Of a DNA stretch of 38,551 bases, positions 8,062-15,982 are shown in pieces. This DNA is from Candidatus Methylomirabilota bacterium (GTDB taxonomy: Bacteria; Methylomirabilota; Methylomirabilia; Methylomirabilales; CSP1-5): positions 1 to 38,551 of the forward strand of contig JAKEGQ010000104.1 of the NCBI GenBank assembly GCA_022615475.1, given 5' to 3'. The position numbers were made by a program, and so were the translations under genes. The number at the start of each line of letters is the position of its first letter. Position 1 is the stretch's first letter. The notes below the pieces were generated by a model, which had not been told where the DNA came from, ran no database searches, and saw only the letters and a program-made list of their open reading frames with translations.

Positions 8062-9033
8062 TCACTTCGCCAGCACGCGGATCAGCTTCAAGAGGCGAAG
8101 GTCCAAAGGCTTCTGTTTTCCGACGACCTCGCCTAAGGAGGTCGTGGCGACCTCCCCTTTGATAAAGCCGACGAGCACCCCATGTTCCCCTCGGTCGATC
8201 GCTTCAGTCGCGCCGGCCCCGAGTCGGGTGGCGAGGGTCCGGTCAAAGGCCCCCGGGGCCCCACCGCGCTGGACGTGGCCCAGGGTCGTCACGCGCAGCT
8301 CGAACCCGAGTGCATCCCGATGCTCTCGAAAGTGGGCGGCCATGGCGGCGGCATTATACGTGGCCCCTTCGGCCACGACGACCAGGGCATTACGCTTTCC
8401 CCGCTCGTAGGCCGCCCGCAGGTCTGCAGCCACCGCATTGGGGTCTGTCTCGACCTCGGGAATCACCACCGCTTCGGCCCCACCGGCGAGGCCTGCCATC
8501 AACGCCAGGTACCCGCATTGGCGGCCCATCACCTCGACCAGGAACGCCCGCTGGTGGGAGGAGGCCGTCGTCTTCAGGCGATCGATGGCCTCGAGCGCGA
8601 TGTTCAAAGCGGTGTCCACACCGATCGAGATGTCCGTGCCGACGAGGTCGTTGTCGATGGTCGAGGCGACGCCGACCACGGGGAAGCCCATCTGGGACAG
8701 CTTGTGGGCCCCCGTTTGGGACCCGTCCCCACCGATCACGACGAGGGCGTCGATGCGTCGCTCGATGAGGTGGCCAAGAGCCTTCTCGCGACCGACCTCC
8801 CTTTCAAAATCGGGGCTTCGGGCGCTTCCCAGGATCGTCCCCCCCTGCTGCAGGATGCCGCCCACGGCGCGGGCGCTGAGGGGTGTCATCTCGCCGGCAA
8901 TCAGCCCGGCGTAGCCCTGCCGAACGCCAAGGACCTCCCATCCGCGATACACACCGGTGCGGACCACCGCCCGGATCGCGGCGTTCATGCCGGGCGCGTC
9001 CCCGCCACTCGTCAGGACCGCAATGCGTTTCAT
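8062..9033 (-). CDS. pfkA: ATP-dependent 6-phosphofructokinase
   Basis: Contains MKRIAVLTSGGDAPGMNAAIRAVV, IGGDGS, TIDNDL and MGRQCGYLA, canonical PfkA motifs. Confidence 0.93.
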   Translation of the reverse strand: MKRIAVLTSGGDAPGMNAAIRAVVRTGVYRGWEVLGVRQGYAGLIAGEMTPLSARAVGGILQQGGTILGSARSPDFEREVGREKALGHLIERRIDALVVIGGDGSQTGAHKLSQMGFPVVGVASTIDNDLVGTDISIGVDTALNIALEAIDRLKTTASSHQRAFLVEVMGRQCGYLALMAGLAGGAEAVVIPEVETDPNAVAADLRAAYERGKRNALVVVAEGATYNAAAMAAHFREHRDALGFELRVTTLGHVQRGGAPGAFDRTLATRLGAGATEAIDRGEHGVLVGFIKGEVATTSLGEVVGKQKPLDLRLLKLIRVLAK

Positions 9034-9046
9034 CGCTCGTGTCCTC

Positions 9047-10321
9047 TCACGCCAAATCGGCCCTCCCCCGATGCAGCAGCTCGTGGATCAGGGCGAGCTC
9101 GTCTCGGATGAGGCGGGGGAGGAGAAATTCTTGTCGGACCCGCTCTTGCCCCGCACGCCCGAAGGCCGCCCGGAGGCCGGGATGATCCAGGAGATCCACG
9201 ACCCTTTCGGCGCACTCCTCCACGCTCTGGACGAGGTATTCCTGATACCCGTCGGGGAATTGCATGGGAATGCCTCCGGCCTTTCCGGCCACCACCGCCT
9301 TTGCCTTCCAGAAGGCCTCGGAGACGACGAGGCCGAAGCCCTCCTTCAGAGATTTCTGTATGACCAGGTCGGCCCCCCGCTGGAAGGCATTCACCTCCAT
9401 GTTTCCCACGCCGGTCAGGTTGGTGAAGACGAAGAGGTCGGGGTCCTTGACCGCCTCTTCGTTGATGCTGTCGAGGAGCGCCCATCCCTCGGGATCGTCC
9501 CCCGCCATGGACCCGACGAGGGCCAGCTGGACAGCCGGCATGACCGCCTTGACCAGGCGATAGACTCGGATGACTCCCAGCGGGTCCTTCCACGGATCGA
9601 ACCGGGAGACCTGCAGGAGGATAGGGCGGTTCAGATCGAGACCCGAATCGGCCAGCGCCCGCCGACAGATTTCCTCTGGCAGATCCATGTTCTTGGTGCT
9701 CAGCGGGTCGATGGCCGGCGGGATGACGGCCACCCGTCTCACTCGGAGATCCGCGGGGCAGAATTGAGCCATGGTGAAGACGGCTGCGTCGTACTCCTGG
9801 ACGAAGGGCCTGAGGAACGCCCAGACCTCTGGATGGGGTTCCGAACTGTCGATGTGGCAGCGCCAGATCCATATCCCCTTTCTGACCCGGGTAAAGTGTG
9901 GGATCGCCGTCGGTTGGGGGTCGTGGACGATGGTGACGTCGTAGTCCTCGTCGAGGAGCCTGGCACTCTCGCGGTTGCGCTCGAGAAACGTCTCCTTGGC
10001 CCCCTGGGACAGGACGTATGCACCGCCCTGCAGGGCGTTATGAATGCCCTTTGTCACCTGGAAGAATTCCGGGTCGCCATGGATCAGGCGCCAGTCGGCT
10101 GATAGTCCGAGCGCATGCAACAGGGGGATCTGCCGTCCCAGGAGCTCGGCCACCCCGCCCCCGGCCGCGGTACTGTTGATGTGGCATAGGCGGAGGCCTG
10201 AGAGGGTGTCGGCGAGCGCTCTGATCTCGTCGATCAGGGCATCGCCCACGAGAGGCCGGTAGTTCTCCAGGTTCGTCGATTGGGAGCAACAATGCCGGCC
10301 GATGCCCACTTTGGGGAGCAT
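9047..10321 (-). CDS. treT: trehalose synthase (TreT-type glycosyltransferase, GT4)
   Basis: Close resemblance throughout to archaeal/bacterial TreT: NSTAAGGGVAELL, FHNALQG, HDPQP, WRCHID, VSRFDPWKD, NAFQR. ATG at 10321 is preceded by GAGGAGG. The 73-aa Pro-rich N-terminal extension in the ORF track is repeat DNA read in frame. Confidence 0.85.
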   Translation of the reverse strand: MLPKVGIGRHCCSQSTNLENYRPLVGDALIDEIRALADTLSGLRLCHINSTAAGGGVAELLGRQIPLLHALGLSADWRLIHGDPEFFQVTKGIHNALQGGAYVLSQGAKETFLERNRESARLLDEDYDVTIVHDPQPTAIPHFTRVRKGIWIWRCHIDSSEPHPEVWAFLRPFVQEYDAAVFTMAQFCPADLRVRRVAVIPPAIDPLSTKNMDLPEEICRRALADSGLDLNRPILLQVSRFDPWKDPLGVIRVYRLVKAVMPAVQLALVGSMAGDDPEGWALLDSINEEAVKDPDLFVFTNLTGVGNMEVNAFQRGADLVIQKSLKEGFGLVVSEAFWKAKAVVAGKAGGIPMQFPDGYQEYLVQSVEECAERVVDLLDHPGLRAAFGRAGQERVRQEFLLPRLIRDELALIHELLHRGRADLA

Positions 10322-10453
10322 GCTGCCTCCTCGGTCCAGGGGACACCGCTCACCCCGAGTAATGTCCCGGGGCACCGCCCATCCCGCTGTCCTTCCACCG
10401 TAGCACACTTGCGGGGACCTGGAAAAGCCGGAAGCGCCAGGCACTCGGGGTTT

Positions 10454-10567
10454 GGTGTAGAGAGGTGTAGAGAATAGAGCGGGTACAGGGAGGGGAGAGG
10501 GGGCAGAACGTACAGAAGGTACAGGGGGGACAGAGAGCACAGAAGATGCAGGGGGAGCAGGGGAGGG
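10454..10567. repeat. purine-rich tandem array (10-mer x2, then nine 9-nt units ending in CAG)
   Basis: GGTGTAGAGA x2 (10454-10473). Then nonamers CGGGTACAG GGAGGGGAG AGGGGGCAG AACGTACAG AAGGTACAG GGGGGACAG AGAGCACAG AAGATGCAG GGGGAGCAG (10480-10560). Confidence 0.8.
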
Positions 10568-10568
10568 A

Positions 10569-11492
10569 TCACCGACCCCGAGCCGTCGCCGTGCGCCGGG
10601 CCAGATCCATCATCCGACAGTACGCACACGTCTCGGTCGTAGTGGCCTGGCCGCAGACCTCGCACTCCTTCAGTTCGACCCCATCCGCTTGGGCGGAGAG
10701 GAAGGCCGGGCGGCCCTTCTTGAGGAAGCCAAAGTAAAAGCTCTGCTTCGCCCCCGGCGAAGCATGCTCGAGCTGGTTGAGGAGGTCCTTGTAAAACAAG
10801 GAGGTTGCACCGATCGCGTTCGGGCACTCGTCGTCGTGGTAGTCAATCCCGCGGAGCATGGCATAGGCCAAGGTCTCGCGCTCGGTGAGGCGGATGAGGG
10901 GCTTGACTGTCTTGACCAGCTTGGGATGGGTGGCTTCAAGCGCGGGTCCCATCCGGCCGAGCTGCGGCGTCTGCCAGTGGAGCAGATTGCCCAGGAGGGT
11001 TGCGGCGGCGTCGTCCAGGTTGTGACCGGTGGCGAGCACCGAAAAGCTTCCCTCAAGGGCCGCCCGGTTCATCAGGTACCGCTTGCTGAGGCCGCAGGCC
11101 GAGCACGGGACGCGTCGGGTATACTGGGCCAGTTCCGGAATCGAGAAGTCGTACTCCTCCTTGACGTGGGTGACGATGAGGGGGAGGCTGTTCTTCTTGG
11201 CGTACGCCTCGACCGTCGCGCGCGCCTGAGGGGAGTAGTGGTCGATCCCGAGGACGATATGAAAGCCCGTCGTGTGATAGCCGAGGCGCCTCAGGACCTC
11301 CCACAGGGTCAAGCTGTCCTTCCCGCCGGAGACGGCCACGAGGACCCGATCATCCTTCGACAACATCTTGTCGCTCTCGATGGTCCTCTCGACCTGCCGC
11401 TCGGCGTGGACGATGAAGCAGTCCTTGCAGAAGGCCGCATTATGGCGCCTCATATCGATCACCGCCTTGCCGGGACAGGTCTTACACTTCAT
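10569..11492 (-). CDS. ttuA: tRNA 2-thiolation PP-loop ATPase, TtuA/Ncs6-like
   Basis: N-terminal Zn finger CKTC..CKDC, PP-loop SGGKDS, central CSAC and C-terminal CEVC..CAYC. ATG at 11492 with SD GGGAGG. Confidence 0.8.
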   Translation of the reverse strand: MKCKTCPGKAVIDMRRHNAAFCKDCFIVHAERQVERTIESDKMLSKDDRVLVAVSGGKDSLTLWEVLRRLGYHTTGFHIVLGIDHYSPQARATVEAYAKKNSLPLIVTHVKEEYDFSIPELAQYTRRVPCSACGLSKRYLMNRAALEGSFSVLATGHNLDDAAATLLGNLLHWQTPQLGRMGPALEATHPKLVKTVKPLIRLTERETLAYAMLRGIDYHDDECPNAIGATSLFYKDLLNQLEHASPGAKQSFYFGFLKKGRPAFLSAQADGVELKECEVCGQATTTETCAYCRMMDLARRTATARGR

Positions 11493-11697
11493 CGTCCGAG
11501 CCTCCCGAGATGGCCGGGACCACCTCGACGGTCTCCTCATCCTTGACAAGCTCGTCCGGGGTGAGTAGCTCGTCACCCCGGACGACCAGGACCGACTCCG
11601 GATTGATCTTGAGCTCCTGGAGCAGATCCCGCACCCGCCGGCTGCCGGGCATCTCGACCTCGCGGCGGGGGCGGCGAATAATGACCTTCATGCGCAT
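11482..11697 (-). CDS. ThiS/MoaD/TtuB-like ubiquitin-fold sulfur-carrier protein with a 5-residue tail after Gly-Gly
   Basis: About 70 aa, ...DEETVEVVPAISGG-SDDEV. Its 3' end overlaps the ttuA start by 11 nt. The Gly-Gly codons form the ttuA SD. Confidence 0.65.
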   Translation of the reverse strand: MRMKVIIRRPRREVEMPGSRRVRDLLQELKINPESVLVVRGDELLTPDELVKDEETVEVVPAISGGSDDEV

Positions 11698-11768
11698 GCT
11701 CCATATATATATGATGCACGCTCACTCTATCAGGAAACACGGGGCCTTTCAACCCGTCCGGGCCGTGG

Positions 11769-12041
11769 CTAGAAGCCGGCGGCGTGCAGAGCCCGCATGA
11801 TCTCCTCGATCGCGATCTTCGTCTTCCGGTAGCTCACCGTCGCTCTGCGCCGCTCGAGGTCCACGCTGACTTCCATCATCCCCTGAAGCCCCTTCAGGAT
11901 CCTGGCCACCTCGAGTGCCTCTGCTTCGGATTTCATGTGGGCCATATGGATGGTCGCCTGCCCCAGCACCCGGTTCCGCAGGAAGCGGACAAAGAGCAGG
12001 ACGACGAACACCCCAATGGACGCCACAACCACCCACTTCAT
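11769..12041 (-). CDS. membrane-anchored HMA-like (ferredoxin-fold) protein lacking the CxxC metal site
   Basis: One N-terminal TM helix (WVVVASIGVFVVLLFV). The following ATIHMAHMKSEAEALEVARILKGLQGMMEVSVDLERRRATVSY resembles a heavy-metal-associated fold but has no Cys. SD GGGAGGA. Confidence 0.5.
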   Translation of the reverse strand: MKWVVVASIGVFVVLLFVRFLRNRVLGQATIHMAHMKSEAEALEVARILKGLQGMMEVSVDLERRRATVSYRKTKIAIEEIMRALHAAGF

Positions 12042-12342
12042 CCGATCCTCCCTGGCCCAGGGACTTTACCCGAAGGGTTCCCCTAAGTCCAGATCTGGAC
12101 ACCGCTTCCCACTACTTGGCAATTCCGCCCTCTCCCCTTGACAGACAAGGGTGCAGGGCTAGTTTAGAGAGTGAAAGGGGAGTTTTGAAGAGAGGCTCCT
12201 GCCTGTAGCGCCACAAGCAGCCGAAAAGACCCACGCGAGACCTCCCCCCGCCAGTTAACCTCCCCAACGAGTTCAGGAACGAGAGGCGTGAAGCATTGTG
12301 TCCTTGCCCTTTACGGGACCGGGCCGGGAGGAGGTGACAAAG

Positions 12343-12522
12343 ATGGTGCGCGCACCGAGCTGCTACACGTGCGGATCTTTCCTCACAGGCTTCGAACTGG
12401 ACAAAGAGCTCAATTTCTTTATCTACTTCTGCCCTGACTGCAGAAGTGCGGAAGAGAGGTCTGCTCGGCTCAAGGCGAAAGAACAGGTTGTAGAGAGTGA
12501 GGTAATAGAGGAGGCGGCCTAG
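12343..12522 (+). CDS. small zinc-ribbon protein (CxxC...CxxC)
   Basis: ATG at 12343 is preceded by GGAGGAGGTGA. Contains CYTC...CPDC. Followed by an intrinsic terminator. Confidence 0.55.
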   Translation: MVRAPSCYTCGSFLTGFELDKELNFFIYFCPDCRSAEERSARLKAKEQVVESEVIEEAA

Positions 12523-12581
12523 CCTCTATTAGTTGATGGACAAAATGTAAGGGCCCGGTCCCCCCCGCCCCGGAACACAGA

Positions 12582-12610
12582 GGGTCGCCAGAACTGGCGG
12601 CCCGTTTTTT
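12582..12610 (+). terminator. rho-independent terminator
   Basis: GGGTCGCCAG-AA-CTGGCGGCCC hairpin followed by GTTTTTTCT. Confidence 0.75.
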
Positions 12611-12649
12611 CTGAACCAGCTTCCCCGACCGCTGCGGTATCATACCCGG

Positions 12650-13915
12650 GTGAAACTCGCAGTCCTCAAGGCGTTCCGCGAACACCCGGAAGCACGCCGG
12701 CTGGCGCTCATCTTCGCCGTAGTCTACTTTGCCCAGGGCATGTGGAGCCTTCCGGTCCAGCCGATCACCTTCACGCTGAAGGAGCGCTTCGGCTTCTCTG
12801 CCGCCCAGACGGCGGTATTCTTTTCACTCACCGTTATCCCGTGGCTCATCAAGCCGGTCTACGGCCTCATCTCTGATTGTGTGCCGCTCTTCGGGCGGCG
12901 TCGGAAGAGCTATCTGCTCGTGACCTCCGCGCTCGCAGCCACGGCCGGGTTCGGGCTGAGCCTTGTGGGCACCTACACCACCGGGAAGTTAGCCCTGCTG
13001 TTCACCCTCATGGGGCTTGGCCTGGCCTTCACGGACGTCATGGTCGATGCCCTGATGGTAGAGCACGGACGTCCGCTCGGCCTCACGGGAGCCTTTCAAT
13101 CGGTCCAGTGGTCCTCGATCTACGCCGCCTCCATCCTCGTCGGCATCGCCGGGGGTTACCTCACGGAGCACGCCCCCCTCCAGGTGGCCTTTGCCTTGGC
13201 CGCGGTCTTTCCGCTCCTGTCGTTCACCGTCGCCCTCTGGGCGGTGCAGGAGCCATTGGTCGGCACCCGCGGACCGCAGTTCCCGCAAACCTGGCTCGCG
13301 ATACAGAGCGGGTTCGGGTCACGCCATCTCTGGATCATCGCGGGCTTCATCTTCTTCTGGACCTTCACCCCCTCGATCGGGACCGCGCTGTTCTATTATC
13401 AGACGGATGTCCTCAAGTTCAGCCAGCAGTTCATCGGAACCCTCAGCTCGATCGGCTCGGCGTCGGCTATTGCGGGGGCACTCGTGTACGGTGCCTTCTC
13501 CAAGAATTTTCCATTTCGGTTGATCCTGAACTCCGCCATCGGGATCGGCGTCGTATCCACCCTTGGCTACCTGGGCTACGTGGGGCCCTATTCGGCCATC
13601 GTGCTGGGCGCGGCCTTTGGCGCGGTGGGCATGGTCGCGACGCTCGCCTTCCTCGACCTGGCGGCGAAAGCCTGCCCGAAGCAGGCCGAGGGGACCTTTT
13701 TCGCCCTGCTCATGTCGGTGTACAACGGGGGCGCCCAGCTCTCCCAAATCGTCGGCGGATGGCTGTACGATCAGGTGGGATACACGAACCTCGTTCTGAT
13801 CAGCGCCGCGTCCGTCGCCCTCTGCTGGTTTCTGGTCCCCCTCCTGAAGCTCGAGGAGCTCGAGACCCAGGCGCGACAGGCAGTCCTGACAACTCCCCCC
13901 TCAGCGAGCTCCTGA
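12650..13915 (+). CDS. MFS transporter, folate-biopterin transporter (BT1) family-like
   Basis: About 12 predicted TM segments. Contains the BT1-like motif IPWLIKPVYGLISDCVPLFGRRRKSYL. GTG start at 12650. Confidence 0.75.
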   Translation: MKLAVLKAFREHPEARRLALIFAVVYFAQGMWSLPVQPITFTLKERFGFSAAQTAVFFSLTVIPWLIKPVYGLISDCVPLFGRRRKSYLLVTSALAATAGFGLSLVGTYTTGKLALLFTLMGLGLAFTDVMVDALMVEHGRPLGLTGAFQSVQWSSIYAASILVGIAGGYLTEHAPLQVAFALAAVFPLLSFTVALWAVQEPLVGTRGPQFPQTWLAIQSGFGSRHLWIIAGFIFFWTFTPSIGTALFYYQTDVLKFSQQFIGTLSSIGSASAIAGALVYGAFSKNFPFRLILNSAIGIGVVSTLGYLGYVGPYSAIVLGAAFGAVGMVATLAFLDLAAKACPKQAEGTFFALLMSVYNGGAQLSQIVGGWLYDQVGYTNLVLISAASVALCWFLVPLLKLEELETQARQAVLTTPPSASS

Positions 13916-13996
13916 GCCATCACCCCGGATCGTGGCCTGTGACACCCGCTGGCGCCCCCCCGCTGACGGTCCCTGCGGCCGGAATCAGACCTCGTA

Positions 13997-14024
13997 ATCT
14001 TAAGATTGATATCTTAAGTTTGAT
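13997..14024. promoter_or_regulatory. tandem 14-bp direct repeat in the AT-rich region upstream of the B12-radical SAM gene
   Basis: ATCTTAAGATTGAT (13997-14010) and ATCTTAAGTTTGAT (14011-14024). A third CTTAAG lies near 14058. Confidence 0.5.
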
Positions 14025-14115
14025 AGTTGACTAGAGCCAAGGGGATATGATAGGAACGCTTAAGTGAGTAAATTTGCTCGTGGGTCTGCCAACGACACAC
14101 AGGGGGTTGGTGACC

Positions 14116-15444
14116 ATGAAGCTCATGATCATCCAGCCGACGTACTACACCAACAGGACCAACGGATCGGGTCAGTCCCTCTACAAGACCAGGCGAAGGA
14201 CGCTCGTCGGCTTGACCTTGCCCTATCTCGCCGCGTTCACCCCCAAAGACTGGCATATCACGCTCGTCGACGAGCAGGTGGCAGACATCGATTTCGATGC
14301 GCCCGTGGATCTGGTGGCCATCACGACGTGGACGATCAATTCCTTCCGGGCCTACGACATCGCACGGAAGTATCGGGAGAGGGGAATTCCGGTGATCATG
14401 GGCGGGCCGCACACCTTCTTCCATGCCGAAGAAGCCATCGAGCACTGCGATGCGGTCGCCATCGGGGAGGGCGAAGAGATCTGGCCCGCCATGCTCCAGG
14501 ATGCGGCGAACAACCGACTGCAAAAGATCTATCGTGCCCCCAAACAACACCACCTGAAGGGTCTACCCATCCCGCGTTACGACCTCATGAAGTTCCATGG
14601 GAATGGGGTCAACCGGACCTATTCGGTCCAAACTTCTCGGGGATGTCCGTTCAAGTGCGAGTTCTGCTCCGAGCGCTTCTATATCGGCGACCGGTATCGC
14701 TATCGCCCCACCCAGGAGATCGTCGATGAAATCAAGGAGATCAAGGCCAAGAACATCTTCTTCGCCGATAGCATGTTCGCGGGGAAAAAGGAGCACTCGA
14801 TGGAGCTCATGGAAGCGCTCGTCCCCCTGAACATCCGCTGGTCCACCCTGTGGACGACGTATCTGTGCCGGGACGAGAAGTTCATGGATCTGGCCAAGCG
14901 CAGCGGACTCCTGCACGTGAACATGGGCATGGAAAGCATCAGCCAGGAGACCCTGGCCTCGATGAACAAGAACTTCAACAAGGTTCACCAGTACGACGAG
15001 ATCTTGGATAACTTGCGGAAGCGGGGCATCAGCTATTCGCTCAACTTCGTCTTCGGATGGGACGGGGAGACACCAGATGTCTTCCAGGCCACGCTCGAGT
15101 TTCTGGAACAGCACCGGGTCCCGGTGGCCTACTTCTATATCCTGATGCCCCACCGGGGGACACCCCTGTACGAGCGGATGAAGCAGGAAGGCCGCATCGT
15201 CGACGAGAAGGACATGCGCCGGACGCCGGGAATCAGCTGCGAGATCAAACCGCTCTACTGCTCGCCGGAAGAGTTGGAAGAGAACGTCCAGAGCCTGTAC
15301 GATCGTTTTTACAGCCTGCCCTCGATGTTCAGGCGCCTCCCCCTGCCCGTCACCAAGTCGCATGCCGCCTCTTGGATTTTGAATTTCTCGCAGCGACGAA
15401 TGCGTCGGTTCGAGCGAACGCTGCAGAATTTCGATTGGACCTGA
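14116..15444 (+). CDS. B12-binding domain radical SAM protein (class B)
   Basis: N-terminal cobalamin-binding-like domain (VAITTWT..., VIMGGPH), then SRGCPFKCEFC (CxxxCxxC). ATG at 14116. Confidence 0.85.
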   Translation: MKLMIIQPTYYTNRTNGSGQSLYKTRRRTLVGLTLPYLAAFTPKDWHITLVDEQVADIDFDAPVDLVAITTWTINSFRAYDIARKYRERGIPVIMGGPHTFFHAEEAIEHCDAVAIGEGEEIWPAMLQDAANNRLQKIYRAPKQHHLKGLPIPRYDLMKFHGNGVNRTYSVQTSRGCPFKCEFCSERFYIGDRYRYRPTQEIVDEIKEIKAKNIFFADSMFAGKKEHSMELMEALVPLNIRWSTLWTTYLCRDEKFMDLAKRSGLLHVNMGMESISQETLASMNKNFNKVHQYDEILDNLRKRGISYSLNFVFGWDGETPDVFQATLEFLEQHRVPVAYFYILMPHRGTPLYERMKQEGRIVDEKDMRRTPGISCEIKPLYCSPEELEENVQSLYDRFYSLPSMFRRLPLPVTKSHAASWILNFSQRRMRRFERTLQNFDWT

Positions 15445-15452
15445 TTCTTCCC

Positions 15453-15481
15453 TTGCGCGGTGCTCGTGACACGGCTATACT
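15453..15481 (+). promoter_or_regulatory. sigma70-type promoter of rnpB
   Basis: TTGCGC (15453-15458), 17-nt spacer, TATACT (15476-15481). The predicted RNA 5' end is 7-8 nt downstream. Confidence 0.6.
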
Positions 15482-15488
15482 GTTGATT

Positions 15489-15922
15489 GGCTGGAGTGGG
15501 CCGGGTGGTCGCTCTGATCGCAAGATCGGGGAGGAAAGTCCGGACTCCACAGGGCAGGGTGGTGGGTAACGCCCACCGGGGGCAACCCCAGGGAAAGTGC
15601 CACAGAAAAGATACCGCCACGCCGGCAGCCCTTGCTCTCATTCTTGTTGGGGGCTGCCCGCGGGGTAAGGGTGAAAAGGTGCGGTAAGAGCGCACCAGCA
15701 GCCCGGTGACGGGCTGGCTTGGCAAACCCCACCCGGAGCAAGGCCAAATAGGTTCCGCCCCCTTGCTGTTTCAGTGAGGCAGAGAGTGGCCCGCTCTCGT
15801 GGCATGAAAGCCAGGCGGAACGGGTAGGCCGCAAGAGTCCTGCAGCAATGCGGGACCTAGAGGAATGATCACCCTTCGCCGCGAGGCGAAGACAGAATCC
15901 GGCTTACAGGTCCACTCCGGCC
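15489..15922 (+). ncRNA. rnpB: RNase P RNA, bacterial type A
   Basis: Universally conserved GAGGAAAGTCCGGACTCCACAGGGCA (P4 5' strand region) and ACAGAATCCGGCTTA (P4 3' strand). The P1 helix forms between GGCTGGAGTGGGCC (15489-15502) and GGTCCACTCCGGCC (15909-15922). Confidence 0.93.
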
Positions 15923-15982
15923 TCTTCTTTCTCCACTCTTCCTTTGCTCCCCCTCAGCCATCGGTCGATCGCTCCGCGTCCA

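Noticed and set aside
10322-10540. N-terminal extensions in the ORF track: treT from 10540, ntrC from 23013, actB from 38435.
   Set aside because: The extra codons are the tandem-repeat arrays read in frame. Internal starts with good SDs (10321, 23163) or a canonical Tat signal start (38390) match the expected protein N-termini.
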